A stretch of 64,000 nt of DNA from Blepharisma stoltei ATCC 30299 (taxonomy: Eukaryota > Protista > Ciliophora), in contig CBFDEM010000020.1 in assembly GCA_965603825.1 (NCBI GenBank), forward strand, positions 186,001 to 250,000, in the 5' to 3' direction. Under the pieces are notes generated by a model. The model ran no database searches, was not told the DNA's origin, and was given only the letters and a program-made list of their open reading frames with translations. The first letter of the stretch is position 1; every line of letters starts with the position of its first letter. Position numbers and translations under genes: made by a program. This document shows, piece after piece, positions 48,231-59,521 of the stretch.

Positions 48231-50294
48231 TTAATCATTCCTATTAATAATTTCTTTTTCTAATGGATGCTCATATAAATTTCCCCCTGGAGCTATCAGT
48301 GGCTCTTCAGCAACTCCTGCATCTCCATCTATTCTCATAAAGCTTAAAACTTTTTTCAAAACTCTCACACTTTTAATCTGAATAAATAAATAAAACGCAA
48401 AAGAAAGCACAAAGTAAATAAAGCCCATCGTCTCTATCCCTCTATATCTGCTTATAGAGAACACTAAAGACGTAATCATTTGAAAAATCAGAACTGAGCC
48501 TAAAATTGATTTTAAACATATTTCAGGTATATTTTTTCCTGATGAATTTTTGTCTACATAATTCACACATAAAATCAAATATTTGTGCACCATAAACTAT
48601 ATAAAAATTACCCTCATTGAAAAATAAACCAGACCAAAAAATATAATTAATGGAAAACAAATCGAATAAGTAAATATAATAAGAACAGCATTTAGCACCG
48701 CCGCATATTCATAGGCAAAATCAAAAGGTGGGGCTTCTTGGGCTAATATTTTTTCTTTTTCTGTAGAAGCGATTTTTAATTTTAGTTTTGTGACAATAAC
48801 CAATAATGGCTGAAGTAAATCAAAGCCATTTGCTATAAAAGCTTGTGATAGCAAATAAATTGTAAAAAATCCTCCTGTGTTTGACACTGCTTTTGGTAGT
48901 TCAGTTTGCCAATTATCTCAGAAGCCATTGACTGTTAAATCTAAAATGGTTTGCGCACCCATTGCTTGTAGCAAGAATACATAAATTCCCATGAATAATA
49001 AATATTTAAGAAGCCTGCTTGTTGTTTCTCTTGCTGTATTAGTTCTTTTTTCTTTGCTAACGATATAAATAATAGTGTAATATAATATTACCACTTGATA
49101 AATAAGCAATATTAGAACAGGAAAATATTTCCCTAAGAGTCCTTCAATAAATTGTCTGCCTTTAAAATCAGACAAAAAATTATTAACAAAATACAGAAAT
49201 CCTGCAGGTGTTACCAAAATAAAAAATAAAATACAGAAAAATATCATCAAGCATCACCTTTTTGCTCGTATTTCTCTGTAGTTTTGGTCTAAATTTTCCC
49301 ACTTAATTTCATGTGGTGATGGTGCTGTTTTTACTATCCAGTCTTTTGCTCTAATATTATCATGTAACCACTTTTTCGCATTTTCTGCTGACTGTGTAGT
49401 TCTAAACGTTACATAGCAAAACCCAGAGTTCCCAACAGGTCCTTTTGCCAATAGATCTTCATATTTTTTGCTGTATTTTTCTACTAATTTTTCATAAAAC
49501 ATCTGCGCATCAATTCATTTTCCTAATAGTTTTATTTTCTTTTTCGTTTGATGTGTTTCATCATACAAAGCATAATGCTCAGCCTTTTCTTTAGCTTCTT
49601 CTAGTTTATTGTGGGTTCTATAGAGTTTAGCCAAATTAGGAACAACATATATTGAAACGATATTGTCTCTAAAATCTTTTTGCAATATATTATTAACCAT
49701 AGTCTTGATGAATTCACATGCTTTGTCTTTTGGTAGATCACTTATTTCAAGCACATAATTGAATAGTTGGATTTTCTATATAGCAAATACATTTTGTTGA
49801 GACTTTGTAGTCACTTCCTTTAATACCCTATACACTAGGAAATAGCCAAAAATAGAAAAAGGGATAAAATAAATCAAAGGAGCAACCATATAGTTAGGCT
49901 CCTCTAAAATATTTCCAATTCCTGTCTCTTCAAGCCCAGTCTCATGAATTCTCTTTCCTTGTGAATATACAGGAACAAGCACAGTCACTCCGATTAAGCA
50001 CATCAAAAATAAAGACTTGATTATTTTTCATTGTAACGCTAAATAAACATAAGCTTCACTCCCACATTTTTCATAAATATCTTGCAATGATGTATTTCAA
50101 ACACTTTTAAATAAAAGCATCAAAGGTGTATCAGATTCAGAAAAAATTGCATTTTTCGGAATAATTTTTGGATTATCTGAAAATATATGCTTGCTTCGAA
50201 ACGTTCTGAATACCAAAAACAAAGCGAACAAAATCCCAAATATTAAAATATTTGCTGCAAATGCTGAGATCAGAGCATATAAGATCGGATCCAT
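48231..50294 (-). CDS. OSCA/TMEM63/CSC1 mechanosensitive cation channel, copy B, 677 aa
   Basis: Colinear paralog of copy A with introns at the same positions (49776-49790, 48597-48611). Confidence 0.88.
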
Positions 50295-50338
50295 GATAAA
50301 TTTTATTTTTAATACAATATCAAATTATTTATAATTTC

Positions 50339-51727
50339 TTATGGTGAAATATTTATATCATTTTCTGTATTAAAATGCTCCTTTAACTCAGCTGTTTTAT
50401 CATTTGTGCTTAGAAGTGATTTATTTGGAGACTCTTCTTTGTTAAATAATTTATCAAACCCTAAAGCTTGTTTAACAAAAATTTCTTTATCATTTTCACT
50501 TTTCTGTTTTAGCTTATTTCTGGCACTTATAGTTGCATTTAAGGAGGTCAGAGCTCTTCTATCGTCTTTTAAGATAGTTCTATTGAGGCGTGTTGATGAT
50601 GACCGCGGACGATAAATTGACCTTAATTGTTCAGGATTCAGTGTGTCTATTCTAGTTTTTGTATGAATTACAAGGGTTTTTCCAAAATCTGGCTTTAATT
50701 CTCTCTTCCCCTTTTCTTTCTGTATCTCTTTGCTGAAATTAGTTTGAAAAGTGTTATTTACATGAATGCATAAAGCAGAAGAAGTTGGTAAAAACATTTT
50801 TGCGTTTCTTACAGCTTTTTTGTGTCACAAATAAGCATCTTTTTTGGAGTAATTTGTGTTTTTTCCTATTAAATTTCTTATTTCAGTCGCTATGCAAAAT
50901 TGAGTCACAACAATCAGCAAGGTTTTTTCAAAAAGTTTTTCTTTTGTAAGCTCTTGATCACACCCAAATCCTCCATGAGCTCCTTCAGTTTCATAGGGTT
51001 GAATAACCATAACGTCTCCAATATTCCAATTATTTATCCATTCCATATCTGCTGCTTGAAATATTCCTTTGACATTATTTACTTTTTGAATCTTTTTTGT
51101 TTTAAATTGTTTACATATGACTTTTAAATATGGCAAAGCCTGATTTATTACATTTTGTGACTGCAAATAATGAGGTGACTCAAGTAATTTATACTGTTGT
51201 TGCTTTGCAAATCTATTTCTTAATCTTGATGATTTTGATATTTTATCATTTAATTTTATCTGTTCTTTGCATGCTAATAAGCACTCTTCTAGGCAAAATC
51301 TTATATTTTTTTCAGCTTTAAATGCATATCTTAAGGCTTTTTCATTTTCTTTTAATTGTGAAAATATTGCACATAGTCTGACTCTTGATTTGCAAATATA
51401 TCTAGATAAAAATATTTTTTCAGAAACAGTTTTAATTGAAGATTTTTTGGCTTTGATTATTTCAAGGCAATGATTTATGGAAGCTGCACAATCTTCTAGT
51501 AAGCCTAGTCTTTGTAAACATATTGAGCGATTGTGAGAGGTTTCTAAGCGAAAATGATTGTCAACCTCACTTCCTGCTGCTTGAAGAGCTTCCAAAATTT
51601 CGTCAGATCTAGAGAGCGCTTCTAAAGCTCTTTCAAATTCTTGCTGTTTTACAAGTTTTAAAGCGATTTTGTTGTATTGCTTGAGAATTAACGGAACTTC
51701 TTCTTCAGGGATTACAGTCTCAATCAT
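50339..51727 (-). CDS. TPR-like protein, 462 aa
   Basis: YNKIAL...ALEAL, TSHNRSICLQRLG, LCAIFSQLKENEKAL; TGA 50825 joins two track ORFs. Confidence 0.72.
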
Positions 51728-52224
51728 TTTATTAGAAAAATGTCAATTAGTTAGCTATATAAATCATTAGGTGAAGGAATCTCAAAGAGATTATTTTTAG
51801 GTTTTGACTATTTATAAGCTTAATTTTGCTTTTATCAATAATTTTTGACACAAGCATAACTAGTTATGTTTTCTTTCAATAAATTTATCTTATAATAGCC
51901 TAAATGACTCTGATTTAAAATGAAAAAAGCCTCTGCATAGTTTCATTATAAATAAAGGTCATAACAATTTGCAAATTTTATTAAACTCAACATGAGATTT
52001 TCTATTTTCAATCCTAAAATGTCAATAATTAAAATTACAACAGCCCAATGATACCATTTTGATGATTTTCTAAGCGCTTATAAGAAATCTTAAAGATTCG
52101 AATTAAGATTCCAATATAAATATTTTGTTTTCCACAACAAGAGATTAATTAGAATAGGATCATCATAACGTTGTCATAAGATGGAGTAAGCAGGGTTAAG
52201 ATTCGCTTATCATATTAAGAAACG

Positions 52225-54180
52225 ATGGCACATTATAATCAAGCTCAGGAAATTCGTTATGCAATAGAGCAAGATGACTTAAATTTTTTAAAACACCACC
52301 TAACCAAACACAATGTAAACATTGAAGTTAAATTTGTATGAATTATTCAGCTTGGGTATAATTTCACGCCACTTATGTATGCAGCAAGATTAGGCCGGGG
52401 ACGAATTGTTGAATTTTTGCTAGAAAACCACTTAGCCAATCTAAAACTTGATCTAGTAGATTTATATGGCCAAAATGCTTTGCTGAATTCAATTTATTCG
52501 CTTGATGGGTTTACAATAAAGTTAGTTTCGAAATATTTGAAGGCAGATTCGAAGGATAATTTTGATAATAATTGCTTGCATATTGCTTCTGAACTTGGGA
52601 ATTTGGAAATAGTAAGAATGTGTGTAGAAGAATTAGGAGTAAAGTATGAGAAGAATTTTTATGGATGCACGCCTTTGCATTTGGCTATGAGTCGGGAAGT
52701 AATGGAATATCTAATTTTAAATGGAGCTGAGGTGGATAATGTCGACGAACAAGGTTGAACTCCTTTACATTATGCTGTATATGATAATAATGAAGAAATT
52801 GTTAGAGTACTGATAAGATCTGGTGCAAGTATTAAAATTTTGGATAAAACTGGAGTCACAGCTTTTGAGCTTGGAATCCTCAGGGATCCTAATAGTGCAA
52901 TAATTCAGCTATTAAAGCAAGAAATGGAAAATTATGTTAAAAAGCACACGAAAACTGATATCATCCCTATAGAAAAACCAAAAGAAGAGCCTACAGCTAA
53001 CGGGAGTATTTTAGAAACAGTTAGTGAAGAATTATCAATAGAATTAGCAAATGGGCACAATGAAAAAGAAATAAATGATGATGAAGACGCGATGTCTATT
53101 GATTTATCAGTTGACATCAAAAGCTCAACCATTACCACAAATGAAAACCAATTAGATATTCAAGAAGCAAACTCAGAAGTCGTTTCTGAAGAAGAAGTAC
53201 AAATTCCTTCAAAACCTTCAGAAGAAAATAAATCAGTGCTGCAAAAAAACTCCAGCATAGAATCAATACAATCTAATATTTCCCCAGAGGTAAAAGATTT
53301 AATTTCTATTATGCTCAACCAAAAATTTTCAGTCCATCTCGAAGAACTCGGAGTAGAAACCATCAGCATTAACGAACTCCAAATGAGAGAAACACTTGGG
53401 ACAGGCGGCTACGGCAAAGTTTTTCGAGGTTATTTTCGAGATACCGAAGTCGCCATAAAAGTTGTGAACTCAGACAAAATCGACGACATTATTATCAAAA
53501 ATTTCATAAAAGAAATACAAAGTTTAATAAAAATAAGGCATCGAAGGTTTTTGCAAATTTTAGGAATTTGCATAGAAGGGCCTTTATGCATTGTGACAGA
53601 ACTTGCTAAGGGAGGAAATTTATCTGATGCGATATTAAAAGGGAATTTTGATTTTAATGAAAAATTAAGAATTGCCTTGCAGATAGCTGAAGGGATGAAT
53701 TATATTCATAATAAAAAACCACCGATAATACATAGAGATTTAAAGCCTCAAAATATACTATTAGATGAATTTGGGCAAATAAAAATAGCCGATTTAGGTT
53801 TATCAAGAACGGTAGCACAGATAAAGGACCCAAGCATCTCAGAAAAAACGAATATTTGTGCAGGGACTGTAAGATATATGGCTCCAGAGCTCTATGATGA
53901 GCATCCAGACTGTTCAAGAAAAACTGATGTTTGGGCGTTTGGGTGCGTTTTATATCAAATTGTCACTGGGTTGCAGCCTTGGAATGGGATTGACGTAGTT
54001 GGAGTACAAAGAAGACTTGTCTTAAAAAATCAATTTCCTATTGGAGACATTGAGCCTAAAAATATAAGTGATTTAATAACGAATTGCTGTCATATTGATC
54101 CAGAAATTCGGCCAAGCTTTCGAGATATCCGGCTTAAACTTCAAGAAATTCTGGGCATTCAGCCTTCTCAGCCAAGCTAG
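52225..54180 (+). CDS. Ankyrin-repeat tyrosine-kinase-like (TKL) protein kinase
   Basis: TPLMYAA, GCTPLHLA, GW(TGA 52756)TPLHYA; kinase GTGGYG, VAIK, IIHRDLKPQN, DLG, GTVRYMAPE; probable intron 52336-52350. Confidence 0.9.
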
Positions 54181-54205
54181 AATTGCTAATAAATTAACAT
54201 AAAAA

Positions 54206-55090
54206 ATGATGGACATCCCAAAACCTGCAAATCCAGTGACTACACTTCTCCCCTTTATTCTTCCATTCTTTTTGCTCATGTGAAGACTTCCATATCATTC
54301 GCCTGTAGAAGCAACTTTTTGTGTGTATATTTTTATAGTGTTTTATGCATTTTTAAAGTCATTGTGAATAAAAAATCATTCAGTGGCTGATGAGATGTGA
54401 AGTATTATGCCGGTTTATTATGCATATATTTTTGCAGCAACTTCAGGCAGTGCCAGATCTAAAATTATGTTTAGTCTTGTTGCAGCTTGGGCAATAAGGA
54501 TGTCATATAATTTTTATCGAAAAGGTGGATATAAAGGATTAGAGGACCATAGATGGGGAAAACTTAGAGAGACAATAAGAAATCCGATTCTTTGGCAATT
54601 ATTTAATTTCTTTTTTATTTGTGTTACGCAAAATGCGCTATTGCTGTTTATATGCTTACCTGGGTATTTTGCACCTAATGATTCTTTGAATTTGATTGAT
54701 ATTGTGGCGACTTTATTAAATTTGGGGTTTCTTTTATTAGAAAGTATTGCTGATAATCAACAATGGAATTTCCAAAAAGAAAAGCAAAGGCTAATTAGTG
54801 AGAAAAAAGAGCTTACTAAAGAGTTTAAAAATGGATTCTTAAGCAGAGGACTTTTCAGATACTCAAGGCATCCTAATTTTTTTGGAGAGATTGGGATTTG
54901 GTGGAGTTTCTATTTATTTACACAATCATTTAACCTATCAATTATTGGTCCAATCTCATTGACACTATTATTCCAAGGATCTTCCAATTTTACAGAGAAA
55001 ATCAGCGCTTCAAAATATCCTGAGTACAAAGTGTACCAAAAAATAACATCAAAGATAATTCCGTGGTTTCCACAGAAGTGGCAGGAATAA
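54206..55090 (+). CDS. DUF1295 / steroid 5-alpha-reductase-like membrane protein, copy A
   Basis: EDHRW, ESIADNQQWNFQ, GLFRYSRHPNFFGE, YPEYKVYQ; TGA at 54281, 54365 and 54398. Confidence 0.9.
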
Positions 55091-55346
55091 AGTAGAATAA
55101 TTTAAGTTTTTAATTTTAAGAAATTCTCCAATTTCCATATTCATATGCAAAAACAGTATGCCATTTTGTGATTCATGTGAAATTATATTTTATTTGATAT
55201 TGTGAATAAAAGTGGCTAATATTGAAATGTCACTAAACTTCAGGCTTGGCTTTGAAATAGGATATCATGAATATTTAAACCTTAAGAAATCATAAAGAAT
55301 TCAATCTTTTTTGCTATTCTGAAATAGCTAATAAATTATCATTAAA

Positions 55347-56231
55347 ATGATGGAAATTTCCAAACCTGCAAATCCTCTGATAGCTCTTCTCCCAATCACT
55401 CTCCCTTTTCCTTTCCTTATGTGGTATCTCCCAGAGCTTTCTCCTCTTGAGGCTGCGTTTTGTGTGTATACTTTTGCAGTGTCATATGCCTTTGTGAAAT
55501 CTTTATCAACAAAAAATCATTCAGTGGTAGATGAGATGTGGAGTATTTTGCCGATTTATTACGTATATATTTTTACAGCAAGAATGAATAACATCAGGTC
55601 ATACATTATGCTTAGTCTTGTTACAATGTGGTCATTGAGACTTTCTTATAATTTTTATCGTAAAGGTGGATACAGAGGATTAGAAGATCATAGGTGGAAA
55701 GTGCTGAGAGAGACTATACCAAATCCAATTCTTTGGCAACTATTTAATTTCTTTTTTATCTGTGCGACACAAAATGCTCTTTTGTTTTTTATATGTTTAC
55801 CAGCATATTATGCACCTAAAGGCCCATTAAATGCAATTGATATAGTTGCTGCAGTACTGTTTTTAGGGTTTCTTTTATTAGAAACTATTGCAGATAACCA
55901 GCAATGGAATTTCCAAAAAGAAAAGCAAAGGCTAATTAGTGAGAAAAAACCGCTTCCTGAAGAGTTTAATAAAGGATTTTTATATACAGGACTTTTTAAA
56001 TATTCCAGACATCCTAACTTCTGTGGAGAGATTTCTATTTGGTGGATTTTCTATTTATTTGCACAGTCATTTAACCTATCAATTCTTGGTCCAATCTCAT
56101 TGACTTTATTATTCCAAGGATCTTCCAATTTTACAGAGAAAATCAGCGCTTCAAAATATCCTGAGTACAAAGTGTACCAAAAAATAACATCAAAGATAAT
56201 TCCGTGGTTTTCACAAAAGTGGCCACAATAA
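55347..56231 (+). CDS. DUF1295 / steroid 5-alpha-reductase-like membrane protein, copy B
   Basis: 294-aa ORF colinear with copy A, same motifs, no TGA. Confidence 0.9.
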   Translation: MMEISKPANPLIALLPITLPFPFLMWYLPELSPLEAAFCVYTFAVSYAFVKSLSTKNHSVVDEMWSILPIYYVYIFTARMNNIRSYIMLSLVTMWSLRLSYNFYRKGGYRGLEDHRWKVLRETIPNPILWQLFNFFFICATQNALLFFICLPAYYAPKGPLNAIDIVAAVLFLGFLLLETIADNQQWNFQKEKQRLISEKKPLPEEFNKGFLYTGLFKYSRHPNFCGEISIWWIFYLFAQSFNLSILGPISLTLLFQGSSNFTEKISASKYPEYKVYQKITSKIIPWFSQKWPQ

Positions 56232-56567
56232 AGTAATTAAGTTTAAGATTCTTTCTTATTAAATAAATATATAAATTTATTCTTTATTAGAATGCCATAA
56301 TATTACAAATCTTAAAAAATATTCTATCATAATAGATTATTGAATTTAACTAATAGATAATATTAATTAATATTTTGTTATTTAGCTAAATCTCCATAAA
56401 ATCATCAGCATAAAATAGCATTTTATATTTAAAAGGCTTAAATATTTTATATAGTAAATAAAGAACTTGCAAGTAAACTTCAATATTACAAACATCATGG
56501 AATTAATTAAATATCTCTCCTTCCCATAAATGGAGGAGACGCTTTATAAGTTTACATATAAAATAGC

Positions 56568-58643
56568 ATGGATAATGATAATCACCTGATAGAATCTCTG
56601 CTGAAGAAGTTTGATGACCCAAGCCAACAAATTCTTCCTCGAGTATCAGTGGAGACTTTTATTTTTGGAGAGTATTATATGAAAAATGATGCCCTCGAAG
56701 GAAACCCATGAATGAAAAATCTTCCATCCCATTATCCTATTATAAAGCAAAATAAAAAGGTCAGGACCAGCAAAATATTACTATTTACTGCATTAGCTCT
56801 TACTGCTGCTCTTTCAGCCCCACTTGCTTTCTTTATCGATGCTACAAGCCAAGAATTGCTCATATTAAGACTTTATCTTTTATCTTTAGCTGAAAGTCAT
56901 TTTGCAAGCGTTTTAATATGAGTAAGCTATTCTCTTATCCTTGCTTTAATTGCTGCTTCATTTGGAGATTGACTTTGCCAAGCAGCTGAAGGAGCAGGAT
57001 TTGCAGAACTACGAGTAATTCTTACTGGTATCGAAATTCCAAACTTTTTTGGGTGAAAAACCCTTTTAGCCAAAACTTTTGGGCTTATTTGTGCAATAGG
57101 TGCAGGATTGAGTATAGGAAAAGAAGGCCCAAATGTCCATATGGCTTCAATTATAGCTGAACGTGTTATAAGTTTAGGACCCTTTAAGAGATTTAAGAAG
57201 GAAATAAATTTAAGATATATTGTACTCACAGCTTCAATTGCAGCTGGAACTGCAGCAACTTTTGGAACACCTTTAGGTGGAGCGATATTTGGTATCGAGC
57301 TGACAGGGACTTATTTCTTTGTAAATAATTTTTATAAAAGCATTTTTTGCAGTCTGATAACAGCTTATTTGTTCAAAATTCTGCAAAGCTTTAAAATAGT
57401 CCCACAAATTGGAAAAGTTTCTTATGATCATCATGCGCTATGTGGGGATTTTTATCTTCATATTATTACTGGCTTATTCACTGCAATTATAGGAGTAACT
57501 TTTGTGAAAGCTGTTCAAAAATTGACTAAATTCAAAAACAAAAGGGTAATTCCTTGGCTATATCATAGATATAGATATACTACAGTAATTTCTGTATTTA
57601 CCTCATTAACTACATTTTATGCATTTTGGCTTAGGATGAGTGACGCAATTCTTATAAATTTGATGTTTAGCTCTGATAAGCTACCTGATAGCTGAATTGG
57701 ATCAGAATTTTTAGGTTTACCAGGACAATTCCCGATATTGATTCTAGTCGCATTTTTGAAGATCATATTATTAACAATTGATATAACAATTCAAGCTCCA
57801 GTTGGGTTTTTTACGCCTTGTGTGTGCGTTGGGGCTATCTTAGGAAGAATTTTTGGAGAGTTTTCCTTGTTTTTAGGATATTCAACATCTCCTGGCATCT
57901 ATGCAGCAGTAGGGGCAGCTTCACTTGCAACATCAACAACTCATACCCTTTCAGTAGCTCTCATGATATTCGAAATGATTGAAGATATTCACTTCTTAGT
58001 GCCAATGTGCCTAAGCGTATTTATTTCTTATGCTGTCAGCTCATATAGCCATAAAAGCATTTACGACACCCTTATTTCAATAAAAAATCTCCCTTTTATT
58101 CCATCATACAAACACTGGCCAATCTTCCATGATTTTGCAAAAGATGTGGCGGATTCTTCAATACACTGTATAAATCGTTACTGCACAATACGAGACCTTG
58201 TAGATGCATTTAATGATTGCTCTGTATTTTCTGTTCGCCCTGTAATCGATGATGACTTTTATTTAATTGGTGAAATAAATGCTACGAATGTGAAAAAATA
58301 TTTGTCATACCGCTTTGAAAACGACACAAATCATTTGTCAGTTAGAGCTAAAAAGTGTATATGAAATGAGCTAACTCAGACTTCTAATGGGCCAGATAAT
58401 GAAATTTCACCTGATATGATAGAAGAAGTTGAAGAATTTTGGCAAAGCCCAGTAAATCTGTGATCAGAAAAATTAAAATTCAATACATCACCATTATTCA
58501 TTGCAGAACAAACTCCACTTTATAAAGTACACTACATCTTTATGATGCTTGGACTTATGCACATTTATGTAGTCAATCAAGGAAAATTGACAGGGATAAT
58601 TGCCCATTCCTGCTTTTCTCAGAAATCTGGTAACTATCTTTAA
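56568..58643 (+). CDS. CLC-family anion channel with C-terminal CBS domains, copy A, 691 aa
   Basis: GAGFAE, GKEGP, FGTPLGGAIFGIEL, GFFTP, SIYD, CBS-like tail; single frame with TGA=Trp. Confidence 0.92.
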
Positions 58644-58832
58644 CATAAAAACTGCTTACTGATATTACTAAGGAGAATCATTATTCCACACTTGATATAA
58701 TCAAGTGTGGTAAAATGAATATTCAAAAATGCAATTAACCTGTCATGAAAAAATTGATTTTCGCTTATATTCAATTTTAATTCCAAGAAGTCTGAATTAA
58801 ATGAAAAGAGTCTTAAACGTCTAAGGAACGCC

Positions 58833-59018
58833 GAATCATAAATGGTGTCTATAAGTCTCCCTCTATGTCCATTATGCAAGTCTATTACTCGCTTGAATCA
58901 TAAATTATGGCTGCAAGTCTCTCTCTATGTCTATTATGCAAGTCTATTACTCGATTGAATCATAAATGGAATTTATAAGTCTCCCTCTATGTCTAGATAC
59001 AAGTCTATTGCCTGCTTT
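58833..59018. repeat. Degenerate tandem repeat, three copies of about 62 bp
   Basis: Units start with gaatcataaat at 58833, 58895 and 58957; each has aagtctc...ctatgtc...caagtctatt. Confidence 0.85.
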
Positions 59019-59521
59019 AAATTATTATTCTCGTCTTTGAATTGTCTGTAAACGTCTATGATGAGCCGAACAAAATTTATACTTAAAAATATTTTAAATA
59101 AATAATTGCTTAATGTGTCTGAAATTTCATTCTTACACAGAAGCACTTATTTTTAACCGAAACTTGCTGAATTATATATAATCTACAGAGGTTTATTTTA
59201 TAAAAATATATCATATAGAAAAATTTCAGCAATATCTTATTTGTACCGACCTTAGAATCAGCATAATGTATATTTATGTTTCATTAGTCTTGCAAAAGTT
59301 TCAGTATATTTATTATCTTCAAATTCAAAGTTTTATTATTTAATAAAATTAAATTATTTTCCTCTTCCTTCAATTAAAATATGTGAATATTTTCCCAAAA
59401 TATCTCTTACTTTCTAAAAGTTTCTGATAAGATGCAAAATTTCAAAAAAACTAATAAATACTTTCCAGCTTTCATAAAATGGAAATAAATCGCTTCTTAT
59501 AAGTTTAATAAATAAATCGCC

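Noticed and set aside
4622-51745. TGACA/TGTCA or TGACGT motif shortly upstream of several ATGs (4622, 12467, 28059, 34667, 42924, 51741)
   Set aside because: A 5-mer in either orientation is expected a few times by chance across about 40 promoters; it needs genome-wide statistics.
56550-56566. 17-nt intron joining ATG 56530 to CLC copy A
   Set aside because: Starts GTT, lacks TA at -7/-6, is off-size, and copy B has no matching AG.
58833-59018. CRISPR-like repeat-spacer array
   Set aside because: Eukaryotic context, no cas genes, and the units are similar along their whole length with no unique spacers.
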